Origin: an uncultured Clostridium sp.
GTDB lineage: Bacteria; Bacillota; Clostridia; Oscillospirales; Acutalibacteraceae
DNA: 64,000 nucleotides
Reading direction: 5' to 3'
Assembly: GCA_964571095.1 (NCBI GenBank)
Contig: CAZNAC010000003.1
Coordinates: 11,840 to 75,839 of the forward strand
Shown: positions 9,823-18,655 of the stretch, in pieces
Numbering within the stretch: the stretch's first letter is position 1
How the letters are laid out: the number at the start of each line of letters is the position of its first letter
Translations under genes and position numbers: made by a program
The notes under the pieces: generated by a model
Told to the model about the DNA's origin: nothing
Seen by the model: only the letters and a program-made list of their open reading frames with translations
Database searches by the model: none

Positions 9823-9906
9823 TGGTGCACCTGACAGGGCTTGAACCTGCACATCGAAGATACCAGATCCTAAATCTGGCGCGTCTGCCAATTCCGCCAC
9901 AGGTGC
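9823..9906 (-). tRNA. tRNA-Leu (anticodon UAG), CCA encoded
   Basis: Folded by hand. 7-bp acceptor stem GCACCTG/CAGGTGC, 3-bp D stem, anticodon stem CCAGA/TCTGG with loop TTTAGGA (anticodon TAG), long variable arm (class II), T arm GCAGG-TTCAAGC-CCTGT, 3' ACCA. Confidence 0.92.
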
Positions 9907-9919
9907 ATTGATTGAATTG

Positions 9920-9948
9920 ATATTAGCATTAAAAGTGCAATTTGTCAA
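9920..9948 (-). promoter_or_regulatory. Sigma-A-type promoter for tRNA-Leu
   Basis: On the minus strand: TTGACA (9948-9943), 17-nt spacer, TAATAT (9925-9920). The -10 ends about 13 nt upstream of the mature tRNA 5' end. Confidence 0.7.
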
Positions 9949-9971
9949 GTAAAGCAAATCAAATCAAAGTT

Positions 9972-10541
9972 TTAAAGTATCAAATCATCAAGCGAACGTT
10001 TCGGTACATAATGCACACCGTTCTCATCTCTGAAATATGCCGTACTTTTATTTTCGGGCAAATCAACGATTTTAACGATTTCTTTTGGCTTTCCGAGAGC
10101 GATAACAAGATCAATGGAATATTTTTCAAGATCAACGGATAATTCTTCGGCAAGCTTTTTTCTGTTGATGCTGCCGAATATGCATCCGCCAAGTCCCTTT
10201 TCGGTTGCTCCGAGAAGAATTGTTTGTGCGGCAATTCCGTCATCGATAAACTTGTTGCACCCCAGAGACAAATCACACATAATTATGATATAGGCAGAAG
10301 GCTTTTCACCTTCGCTCGGTCCGTGCCAATCCTTCAGCAAACCTGCCCAAGTAAGATTATTGTAAACTTTTTCATTTTCGTCATATGAATTTACAAGCTT
10401 AAATTTTAATGCCTGCGAGTTAACGGTTGATGCGGTATTTCTTGCAAGGTCAACAAGCTCTCTAAGAACCTCGGTTGAAATAATATGTTCCTGATAAAAT
10501 CTCCTGTATGAACGTGTTTTTAAAACGATATCTTTAAGCAT
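9972..10541 (-). CDS. Nitroreductase family protein (FMN-dependent)
   Basis: Size and N-terminal RRSYRRF-like motif (TRSYRRFYQE), plus overall nitroreductase-fold conservation. Confidence 0.8.
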   Translation of the reverse strand: MLKDIVLKTRSYRRFYQEHIISTEVLRELVDLARNTASTVNSQALKFKLVNSYDENEKVYNNLTWAGLLKDWHGPSEGEKPSAYIIIMCDLSLGCNKFIDDGIAAQTILLGATEKGLGGCIFGSINRKKLAEELSVDLEKYSIDLVIALGKPKEIVKIVDLPENKSTAYFRDENGVHYVPKRSLDDLIL

Positions 10542-10704
10542 ATGGATATCTCCCCTTTCAATTTAATTATATATGCTCTTTTCAAAAAATGCAATAATTC
10601 CGATAATTTTTTATTAGCAACAGCTTTGATTATACAATTTGTATAATTACATTTGCTTTTTATAAATAAAAAAACAAAAAACGAAATTTTTTCTTTAAAA
10701 GATA

Positions 10705-10734
10705 TTGACAAGAAGAATAATAAAGTTTTATAAT
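10705..10734 (+). promoter_or_regulatory. Sigma-A-type promoter for the S8 protease gene
   Basis: TTGACA (10705-10710), 18-nt spacer, TATAAT (10729-10734). It lies about 50 nt upstream of ATG 10787, which has RBS GGAGG. Confidence 0.6.
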
Positions 10735-10786
10735 TTAAAATAAGGAATAATGCTATATACATTGCGTATTTGGAGGTCAGTGAGTT

Positions 10787-13700
10787 ATGAAAAAATTGCT
10801 CTGTATATTTTTATCTTTAATAATAATATCCGCTCCGTTGATATTTGTGTTTTCCAATGCAGCGGAAACGGAGGAAATCGGTAATGCCGAGGAATTTGTC
10901 AACGGCATTGAAAGCTTAATGATTGAAAACGAAACGGAAATTTCCGATTATACTAAATCCGTAACATTTGACGATGAAAACGATTATTCCGATTTTTCAT
11001 CTTGCAGACTGATAGTTAAATCCAAGAATAAAATCGATACCCAAGGTGCATCGGCAGTTGTTAGCGGCTATAATGATTTATGGATTCTCAAATACAACTC
11101 GCCTGCGGAAGCGGCTAAAGCATTTCAATACTATAAAGCAAGTGATAACATTGAATATGTTGAGGCCGACAGACCGATTTATGCTTTATCCGAAGAAGAA
11201 ACCGTTGAGGTAACAGAAAAAGCATATGAATCCTGGGGACCGAAATATATCGGACTTGACGTATATAATAACAGTATTAAAGAAAATATAGCAAAGCTTG
11301 AAGAAGTTGTTGTTGCCGTTCTCGATACAGGAACGGATTCCACGCACACTGCGTTTAACGGCAGAGTTGTGCCGACAAATGTTAATACAAGCACAACCGG
11401 TAACAGAAACGACAGCTCCGACGATAACGGACACGGTACTCAGGTTGCCGGAGTCATAATTGACGGCACTCTTGATAATGTTACGGTTAGACCTTACAAG
11501 GTTCTTGATAAATGGGGACAGGGAACTCTCATATCCCTTGCCGCAGGTATTATCTGTGCAGTCAATGACGGAGTTGACATTATCAATATGAGCATTGCTT
11601 TTTCCGAAAGCTCCGAAATACTTAAAGAAGCGGTTCAGCTTGCGGGAAGAAACAACATCGTTCTGATTGCCGCATCGGGCAACGATTCATCAAATACCGT
11701 TTATTATCCCGCATCCTACGATTGCGTTATAAAAGTCGGTGCAATAAACGATTCGGGAGTTATTGCCAATTTCAGTACCGGCGGTGATGACGTTGATTTT
11801 GCCGCTCCCGGAGTTAATATCACAACAACAAACATTGGAAATAAATACAAAACAGTCAGCGGTACTTCATTTGCCGCTCCCCTTGTCGCAGCTCTCGCCG
11901 CAGCAATGCTAACCTCTAAGCCCAGAGTTTCTCCTGTAGATATTTATGAGGTTATGGAGGAAAACGCAATTTCAGTTCAGTATAACGATGCTAAAATAAA
12001 ATACGGAAACGGCATTATAAATGCACCGGAATACAGCAACTCATCAAACAACATTGAAAAAACCGATTCTCCTTATTTTTCTCATCAAACGGCAATTTTA
12101 AAAGAAGAAATAGATCTTGAAATTTTTTGCGATACTCCAAACTCAACGATTTATTATACAACAGACAGGACTGTTCCTTCAAAAACAAATCCGTCATCTA
12201 TAATTTATGACGGAAAACCGATTCATCTTTCTCAAACTTCCGTTATAACCGCAGTTGCCTATTGCGAAGGCAAATTCCGTTCATCTGTCGTTAACTTTGC
12301 ATCGATTATTGTTCCTGTTCTTTCGGAAGAATTTTTTGAAATTGACTCTGCGGGAATAATCACTGCATACACCGGCACCCAATCAAGCTTTACCGTCCCC
12401 GACTCAATTAACGGAATCACCGTTACGGGAATCGGCGACAATGCGTTTGCAAATACCGGCGTTTCCGAAATTGTTTTCCCTCTTACGGTTACATCAATCG
12501 GAACAGGTGCGTTTGAAGGATGCGGTTCGCTTATAACCGTTTCCGTAAGAAATGCCACTTCAATCGGCAACAGGGCTTTCTATGACTGTGATTGGCTGAA
12601 GAATATTTATATTGATCAAGTTCAAACAATCGGTCAGTACGCATTCTATAATGTATGCAGTCAACCATATCAGCTTACCGGCACATCATTTTCTTTGAAC
12701 TTTGATAACACAACAACCATTTCCCAATTTGCATTTCAAAATTCCGCTATTTCCAATGCTGAGCTGACAAACGCACATTCAATAGCCAAAAGTGCATTTC
12801 TCGAATGCCCCGCTTTAATAAGTGTTAAAGCAAAAAATCTGTCAATGGTTTCAAACGAAGCATTTAAAAACTGTACCGCTCTCACCGATGTTGAGCTTTG
12901 CGGCTTGTCCTCTATTGCGGTTGGAACGTTCAGCGGTTGCACCTCATTAACTCATATTTCACTTCCAAATGTTTCAAGTGTTCTTGCAAGAGCGTTTGAA
13001 AACTGCACCGCATTAAGTACTATCACGCTTTCAAATGCAACAACCGTTTATTCAAGTGCATTTACGGGATGTACTTCTCTGCGTATTATTGTAGTTCCGA
13101 AAATGACAAGCTTTGAATCGGCTGTTTATAAAACCGATTCAACAACATATCCCAAGTTTTCCAATGCACTTGAAGCTTTTATCGCACCGAACCTCGAAAA
13201 AACTTCGGCTTATATGTTCGGTTCGGCACCTAATCTGCTCTCGGTTTCGTTCAAAAACTTAACATCTGTTGCCGATTATACTTTTTCGGGTTGCACAAAA
13301 ATGATGTATCTTAACATTCAAAGTGTAACCGATCTTTCTGAGCTTGCCTTAGCTGACAGCAAAATCGATTTTATCGATGCAAGAAGCCTTAAAACTGCCG
13401 CTTCCTTTCCGGATAACAGCGGAATAATGCTTTCAAATAATTTTGCCTCTGCCGCTTCCGCTGCCTCAAACCTAACGGTTTACGGTTCATCGGGAAGTAA
13501 CGCCGAAGCTTTTGCAAACGATAACGGATATACATTCTGCCGAACTCCTTATGTTTATTCCGAAATGCCGAAGTATATAACCGAAATTTGCGGCTCGGTT
13601 ACGGTTAAAGCCGTTGGATTTGATTTAACTTATCAATGGTATTCAAATAAAATCAACTCAAACGAGGGCGGCACTCCGATTGAAGGTGCAACATCCGAAA

Positions 13701-14326
13701 CATATACTTTCACAAAAGACGATACGGCATACTATTATTACTGTGTTGTTACGCAAAATGATTTCGGAACTGTTTCCGAATATTCAACCAATACCGTTAT
13801 TAAGGATCCGAAGCCTGCGGATTATACATTTTACAATATAGCGGTAAAGGAAGCAAACAAGTTAAATCCCGAATATTATACAAATTTTGAAATTGTTACA
13901 GAGGCTCTTTCGGTTGATGTCAGCGGCAAGCGTTCCTGCGAACAGAAAGAGGTTGACATTCAAACAGCCGCTATTCGTGCCGCAATTCTAAAGCTTAAAT
14001 ATAACAAAGTAACCTCTGCATCGCTTACGGCTAACAATACAAGGCTATCGATTCTCGAAAAAGCAACCGTAAGGGTTATTACCCATCCGAACAACTCGGT
14101 TTATAAAAAAATCGAATGGAGCTCCGATAATCCCGACGCATTTGTGGTTTCAAAAAGAGGCGTTGTCCGCTGTATCGGCAACGGAAAAGCCAATATCAAC
14201 GCTGTTATAACAAACCACGACGGTTCTGTTATCTTTACGAGGATTCAGTTTGAAAGTATGGCATCGCCATGGTTTAACAAGCTGATTGCATCTTTATTAA
14301 AAATTCTATTTATATGGATGCCCTAA
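10787..14326 (+). CDS. Secreted multidomain S8 (subtilisin-family) serine protease with BspA-type leucine-rich repeats, Big_2-like domain and C-terminal hydrophobic anchor
   Basis: Signal peptide present. Catalytic triad motifs are VAVLDTGTD (Asp), HGTQVAG (His) and SGTSFAAPLVAA (Ser). A CHB_HEX_C-like segment is followed by about 400 aa of ~23-aa LRRs (xxAFxxCxxLxxVxL), then a Big_2-like segment near the C-terminus and a hydrophobic tail LIASLLKILFIWMP. Confidence 0.85.
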   Translation: MKKLLCIFLSLIIISAPLIFVFSNAAETEEIGNAEEFVNGIESLMIENETEISDYTKSVTFDDENDYSDFSSCRLIVKSKNKIDTQGASAVVSGYNDLWILKYNSPAEAAKAFQYYKASDNIEYVEADRPIYALSEEETVEVTEKAYESWGPKYIGLDVYNNSIKENIAKLEEVVVAVLDTGTDSTHTAFNGRVVPTNVNTSTTGNRNDSSDDNGHGTQVAGVIIDGTLDNVTVRPYKVLDKWGQGTLISLAAGIICAVNDGVDIINMSIAFSESSEILKEAVQLAGRNNIVLIAASGNDSSNTVYYPASYDCVIKVGAINDSGVIANFSTGGDDVDFAAPGVNITTTNIGNKYKTVSGTSFAAPLVAALAAAMLTSKPRVSPVDIYEVMEENAISVQYNDAKIKYGNGIINAPEYSNSSNNIEKTDSPYFSHQTAILKEEIDLEIFCDTPNSTIYYTTDRTVPSKTNPSSIIYDGKPIHLSQTSVITAVAYCEGKFRSSVVNFASIIVPVLSEEFFEIDSAGIITAYTGTQSSFTVPDSINGITVTGIGDNAFANTGVSEIVFPLTVTSIGTGAFEGCGSLITVSVRNATSIGNRAFYDCDWLKNIYIDQVQTIGQYAFYNVCSQPYQLTGTSFSLNFDNTTTISQFAFQNSAISNAELTNAHSIAKSAFLECPALISVKAKNLSMVSNEAFKNCTALTDVELCGLSSIAVGTFSGCTSLTHISLPNVSSVLARAFENCTALSTITLSNATTVYSSAFTGCTSLRIIVVPKMTSFESAVYKTDSTTYPKFSNALEAFIAPNLEKTSAYMFGSAPNLLSVSFKNLTSVADYTFSGCTKMMYLNIQSVTDLSELALADSKIDFIDARSLKTAASFPDNSGIMLSNNFASAASAASNLTVYGSSGSNAEAFANDNGYTFCRTPYVYSEMPKYITEICGSVTVKAVGFDLTYQWYSNKINSNEGGTPIEGATSETYTFTKDDTAYYYYCVVTQNDFGTVSEYSTNTVIKDPKPADYTFYNIAVKEANKLNPEYYTNFEIVTEALSVDVSGKRSCEQKEVDIQTAAIRAAILKLKYNKVTSASLTANNTRLSILEKATVRVITHPNNSVYKKIEWSSDNPDAFVVSKRGVVRCIGNGKANINAVITNHDGSVIFTRIQFESMASPWFNKLIASLLKILFIWMP
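12330..13540 (+). repeat. Tandem BspA-type LRR-coding repeats inside the S8 protease gene
   Basis: A repeated ~23-aa unit is visible in the translation, e.g. SAFLECPALISVKAKNLSMVSNEAFKNCTALTDVELCGLSSIAVGTFSGCTSLTHISLPNVSS. Boundaries are approximate. Confidence 0.6.
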
Positions 14327-14330
14327 TCAT

Positions 14331-14365
14331 AAAGGCTTGAATGAGAATTTCCCATTCAAGCCTTT
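14331..14365. terminator. Bidirectional hairpin terminator between the convergent S8 protease and rfbB genes
   Basis: 13-bp perfect stem aaaggcttgaatg / cattcaagccttt, flanked by A/T runs. Confidence 0.75.
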
Positions 14366-14373
14366 AAAATTTT

Positions 14374-15387
14374 TTATCCGTAAATTCTTTTACTGTATTC
14401 TGCGTATTCTCCGCTTTTTATATCATCTATCCAATCAGTGTTATCGAGATACCATTGAACGGTCATTTCCATTCCCTCATCAAATGAGGTTTCGGGAAGC
14501 CAGCCAAGCTCACCGGAAATTTTAGAAGGATCAATTGCATATCGCAAATCGTGTCCGGCTCTGTCCTTAACAAAAGTAATAAGGGATTCGGACTTTCCGA
14601 GCTGCTTGAGAATCGTTTTTACAACATCTATATTTCTGCGTTCATTGTGACCTCCGACATTGTAAATCTCTCCGATTCTTCCGCCGTGAATTATCATATC
14701 AATCGCTTTGCAATGATCTTTAACGTAAAGCCAATCACGCACATTAAGTCCCTCTCCGTAAACGGGAAGATTTTGATTTTCCTGTGCTCTGACAATCATA
14801 AGCGGAATCAGCTTTTCGGGGAACTGATACGGGCCGTAATTGTTTGAGCATCTTGAAATTGTTACCGGCAAGCCATAGGTACGACAAAATGCAAGGCATA
14901 ATAAGTCGGCAGACGCCTTCGATGCCGAATAAGGGCTCGATGTTGCAAGAGGCAAATCCTCGGTAAAAAATAAATCGGGCCTATCAAGCGGCAAATCTCC
15001 GTAAACCTCATCGGTTGACACCTGATGAAATCTTTTAACACCGTATTTTTTGCTTGCATCAAGCAGACATGCGGTTCCGACAACATTCGTTTCAAGAAAA
15101 ATAAACGGATTTTCGATTGAACGGTCAACATGACTTTCCGCCGCAAAATTAACAACAACGTCGAATTTTTCTTCTTTGAAAATTTCATTGACAAGCACTT
15201 TATCGGAAATACTGCCCTTAATAAATTTAAAATTAGGATTTTTCAAAGCCGCATCAAGACTCTTGAGATTTCCGGCATAAGTCAATGCGTCAAGACAGAC
15301 TATGCTGTAATCCTTATATTTCTCAAGCATATAGTAGACAAAATTACATCCGATAAAGCCCGCTCCGCCGGTGACTAATATCTTCAT
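14374..15387 (-). CDS. rfbB: dTDP-glucose 4,6-dehydratase
   Basis: MKILVTGGAGFIGCNF Rossmann motif, catalytic YSASKASAD, and end-to-end RmlB-like sequence (337 aa). Confidence 0.92.
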   Translation of the reverse strand: MKILVTGGAGFIGCNFVYYMLEKYKDYSIVCLDALTYAGNLKSLDAALKNPNFKFIKGSISDKVLVNEIFKEEKFDVVVNFAAESHVDRSIENPFIFLETNVVGTACLLDASKKYGVKRFHQVSTDEVYGDLPLDRPDLFFTEDLPLATSSPYSASKASADLLCLAFCRTYGLPVTISRCSNNYGPYQFPEKLIPLMIVRAQENQNLPVYGEGLNVRDWLYVKDHCKAIDMIIHGGRIGEIYNVGGHNERRNIDVVKTILKQLGKSESLITFVKDRAGHDLRYAIDPSKISGELGWLPETSFDEGMEMTVQWYLDNTDWIDDIKSGEYAEYSKRIYG

Positions 15388-16259
15388 TCTTCAAATTCCT
15401 CCGATTCGATTATTGGCTCAGGTTCAATTACCGAAACAATTTTTCTGAATTCCACCTGATCATAAAGTCTTTTAAAACGAACTCCGACGGAATACGTTAA
15501 ATCGCAATTGTCGCAATAGAAATTCGCCCTGAAAAACTGACAGTGAAATTTCCAATTGGATATCTGCTCGCAAGGTTTTCCGCAGGATTCGCAGGTATGA
15601 TTGAGTCTCTTTTTATCTACAAGCGGATTATCTATGTTTTTGATAATTTTAGATTTGTAAAGCAATCTTGAATAAAATTCATCACCGCAGCTAACGATTT
15701 CAGGCTCAACAAAGCCCAAATTATATATTATTTTTAGTATGTCGGCGGTAAGCATACTGTCACCCAAGGCACGATGGTGAATATACATTTCTGGATCAAT
15801 ATCCACCATCTTCGCCGCAGCAAGTAAGCCGGTTTGATGTCCCCTGCCGGTTTTTGCATATTTTTGAAAGCATTTTTGCAAATCGCAGTAATAATCCAAA
15901 AACGGAATAACCTTAATTCCGTTTAAATATTTGTAATTATCAAGCAGAACTCTGATATCACTGTCGCCCCAAGTGATAATAACGGTATCTTCGTTTCCGA
16001 TCCATTTTCTGAAAAGCGAAAAAGCTTTGGTAAACGGCATTCCGGCGTTAATATCATCGTTTGTAAGATGTGTCAAACGCTTAACGGTACCTCGAAGCTT
16101 TTTGCCGATTTGAGAACGAATTATGCAAGAAAAAGTATCCACGGTTTCTCTCTCATTATCAAGCTTAACGGCTCCGATTTCTATTATCTCATTAATGTAA
16201 CCGTTTGCCTTTTTCGCATATGTATTATTCCATTCCAAATCCATTACAACAAACTGCAT
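15384..16259 (-). CDS. DEDDh 3'-5' exonuclease (KapD/ERI-1-like) with C-terminal Cys-rich zinc-ribbon-like domain
   Basis: Exo I VVMDLEWN, Exo II TWGDSDIRVL, Exo III HRALGDSMLTADI. The C-terminal CESCGKPC...YCDNCD pattern suggests a zinc ribbon. Start set at ATG 16259, just before the Exo I motif. The ORF track extends to 16322. Its stop overlaps the rfbB start (ATGA). Confidence 0.75.
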   Translation of the reverse strand: MQFVVMDLEWNNTYAKKANGYINEIIEIGAVKLDNERETVDTFSCIIRSQIGKKLRGTVKRLTHLTNDDINAGMPFTKAFSLFRKWIGNEDTVIITWGDSDIRVLLDNYKYLNGIKVIPFLDYYCDLQKCFQKYAKTGRGHQTGLLAAAKMVDIDPEMYIHHRALGDSMLTADILKIIYNLGFVEPEIVSCGDEFYSRLLYKSKIIKNIDNPLVDKKRLNHTCESCGKPCEQISNWKFHCQFFRANFYCDNCDLTYSVGVRFKRLYDQVEFRKIVSVIEPEPIIESEEFEE

Positions 16260-16355
16260 CAAAACATTCCCTTTAGCATTTTTAAACATATTTATATTAC
16301 TATATTTCTCCATACATTGCAAGCATTAAATTACGAATACCTTCGAGCTTCATCG

Positions 16356-16385
16356 TTGACAACATCATTAACACTGTGCTATACT
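16356..16385 (+). promoter_or_regulatory. Sigma-A-type promoter (extended -10) for the fucosidase gene
   Basis: TTGACA (16356-16361), 18-nt spacer ending in TGc, TATACT (16380-16385). Confidence 0.6.
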
Positions 16386-16414
16386 GATAAAAAATGATTT
16401 CGGAGGAAACCAAT

Positions 16415-17698
16415 ATGTATGAAAATAATTGGGAATCACTCAATTCCCGTCCTGTTCCCGAATGGTTCAGCGATGCAAAATTCGGTATTTTTATCCACTG
16501 GGGCTTATATTCTGTTCCCGCTTTTACAAGAAAGGGCGATTATGCGGAATGGTATATGAAGCAACTGGAGGATAAAGAAACCGAAGCTTATGCCTTCCAT
16601 AAAAGAGTTTACGGTGAAAATGCCAAATACGAAGATTTTGTTAAGGGCTTTACCGCAGAGCTTTTTGATGCGAAAAAATGGGCTGACCTTTTCGTTAAGA
16701 GCGGTGCAAAATATATTAATTTCGTCTCAAAGCACCATGACGGCTTCTGCCTTTACAAATCCGATTACGCCTGGAATTGGAACAGCGTTGATGTTGGCCC
16801 TCACAGAGATTTTCTTCAGGAAATGAAGGATGCACTTGAAGGAACCGACGTAAGATTCGGCGTTTACCATTCCGTATATGAATGGTTTCATCCCACATAC
16901 CTTAAAAATCCCGAACAGTATGCCGTAGAGCATCTTATACCGATGCTCAAGGAGCTTGTTGAAAAATATCAGCCTAACACGCTTTTTACCGACGGAGAAT
17001 GGGAGCACCCGTCATCCGTATGGCATTCAACCGAATTTCTTCAGTGGCTCTATAATGAATCGAGCGTTAAAGACTATATAGTACCCAATGACCGTTGGGG
17101 AAAAGAAACAAGAGGTCATGTCGGAGGCAATTTTACGACCGAATACGGCTTCATCGAAGCTGATAAGAGAATTGAAGATGTTGAGTTTGACCGTCCCTTT
17201 GAAGAATGCAGAGGTATCGGCAAATCCTTTGGTTTTAACAGAAACGAAGATCTTGTTGACTATTTGAGTGCAAAAGAGCTTATTGAAATGATGTGCGAGC
17301 TCGTTTCCATGGGCGGTAATTTCCTTCTCAATATCGGTCCCGCCGCTGACGGAACAATTCCCGTTATTATGGAAGAAAGACTCTTGCAAATCGGCGAATG
17401 GCTTAAAACCAACGGCGATGCGATTTACGGCACAAGAGTTTATTCAAAAACAAAGCAGAATGGCGTTTACTATACCAAAAAGGGCGAAAATATTTACGCA
17501 ATAATCAACTGCTTCCCATTTGGTTCAAAGGTGCTTGAGCTTGTGGATTACGATCCTAAGCTCCGTGCCGAAATTCTCGGATGCGATGCTAAAGTCGAGG
17601 TCAAGGATAACAACGGCAAAGCGGAAATTGTTTTCCCTGCAATTAATCCCGACACAGTTGACAGCAACTGGCTCTATACAATTAAACTTTCCAAATAA
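16415..17698 (+). CDS. Alpha-L-fucosidase, GH29 (no signal peptide)
   Basis: PEWFSDAKFGIFIHWGLYSVPA and HHDGFCLY motifs are typical of GH29. Start set at ATG 16415, which has GGAGGA 6 nt upstream. ATG 16394 is in frame. Confidence 0.88.
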   Translation: MYENNWESLNSRPVPEWFSDAKFGIFIHWGLYSVPAFTRKGDYAEWYMKQLEDKETEAYAFHKRVYGENAKYEDFVKGFTAELFDAKKWADLFVKSGAKYINFVSKHHDGFCLYKSDYAWNWNSVDVGPHRDFLQEMKDALEGTDVRFGVYHSVYEWFHPTYLKNPEQYAVEHLIPMLKELVEKYQPNTLFTDGEWEHPSSVWHSTEFLQWLYNESSVKDYIVPNDRWGKETRGHVGGNFTTEYGFIEADKRIEDVEFDRPFEECRGIGKSFGFNRNEDLVDYLSAKELIEMMCELVSMGGNFLLNIGPAADGTIPVIMEERLLQIGEWLKTNGDAIYGTRVYSKTKQNGVYYTKKGENIYAIINCFPFGSKVLELVDYDPKLRAEILGCDAKVEVKDNNGKAEIVFPAINPDTVDSNWLYTIKLSK

Positions 17699-17848
17699 TC
17701 TGCCATCGTGCTTGATTATAATTTTATATTAGGAGATTGCTTTTTGAAAAAAATGCTCAAAAAATCGGAGATTGTATGCTAACCGGGAGGTTTGCGTAAT
17801 TCAATCTCAACCATTCCTCCCTATATTGAAAATTAACAATATTACGGA

Positions 17849-18496
17849 GTGAAAAAAATGGAAACAAACAATTACATAATTCGTTTAGAAAGAAAAGAAG
17901 AACAAAAAGAAGTTGAAAATCTTGTAAGAAACTCATTTTGGAATGTTTACCGTCCCGGCTGTTTGGAGCATTATGTGCTTCATATGCTAAGAAATGATAA
18001 GGATTTTGTTCCCGAACTTAATTTCGTTATGGAAAAAGAAGGTCGGATAATAGGTCAAAACATTTTTATGAGGGCGATTATCAAAGTCGATGACGGCGAT
18101 AATATTCCGATTATGACAATGGGACCGATATCAATTGCTCCCGAATTTAAAAGAAAAGGTTACGGAAAAATACTTTTGGATTATTCTCTTGAAAAGGCAA
18201 AACAGCTCGGATGCGGAGCGGTTTGCTTTGAAGGTAACATTGATTTTTACGGAAAAAGCGGCTTTAACTATGCAAGCTCTTTCGGAATAAGATATCACGG
18301 CTTACCCGATGGGGCGGATTCATCGTTTTTTCTCTGCAAGGAGCTTATACCCGATTATCTTCAAAATGTTACCGGAGAATATTCAACACCGCAGGGTTAT
18401 TTTGTAAATGAAGAAGATGCGGAAGAATTTGACAAGAGCTTTCCGTATAAACCAAAGACTAAACTACCCGAACAGATTTTCCGAATAAACGAATAA
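17849..18496 (+). CDS. GNAT family N-acetyltransferase
   Basis: Acetyl-CoA motif RKGYGKILL sits in a GNAT-like context. Start is GTG 17849 or ATG 17858. Confidence 0.75.
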   Translation: MKKMETNNYIIRLERKEEQKEVENLVRNSFWNVYRPGCLEHYVLHMLRNDKDFVPELNFVMEKEGRIIGQNIFMRAIIKVDDGDNIPIMTMGPISIAPEFKRKGYGKILLDYSLEKAKQLGCGAVCFEGNIDFYGKSGFNYASSFGIRYHGLPDGADSSFFLCKELIPDYLQNVTGEYSTPQGYFVNEEDAEEFDKSFPYKPKTKLPEQIFRINE

Positions 18497-18501
18497 GCGG
18501 C

Positions 18502-18541
18502 GGACGGCAGTATGTCAAATGGATGTACTGCCGTCCTTTTC
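18502..18541 (+). terminator. Rho-independent terminator after the GNAT gene
   Basis: Stem ggacggcagta / tactgccgtcc followed by TTTT. Confidence 0.75.
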
Positions 18542-18655
18542 TATAGAAAAATCAGACATTTTATGAAAATATTTTAAAATAATGTTAAAAATTTGTTGAT
18601 TTATCGGATAAAAACTGTTATAATTCTTATAAGTAATTCAAAAAGGGGTTTTGTT

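Noticed and set aside
9581-10541. tRNA-Leu as a possible integration site for a genomic island carrying the flanking wall-polymer and nitroreductase genes.
   Set aside because: There is no integrase, recombinase or phage gene. I could not spot a direct repeat of the tRNA 3' end nearby. The tRNA has its own promoter and terminator and looks like an ordinary solitary tRNA gene.
14337-14525. A 62-aa plus-strand ORF starting in the S8/rfbB terminator.
   Set aside because: It begins inside the bidirectional terminator hairpin and runs antisense to the rfbB 3' end. It has no start context.
17744-17782. A 12-codon mini-ORF (TTG-KKMLKKSEIVC-stop) with AGGAG upstream, in the fucosidase-GNAT spacer. 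A GGGAGG...CCTCCC inverted repeat follows it.
   Set aside because: It could be a leader peptide or attenuator. However, there is no convincing promoter, no terminator T-run and no regulatory codon pattern. It is not distinguishable from chance in A/T-rich DNA.
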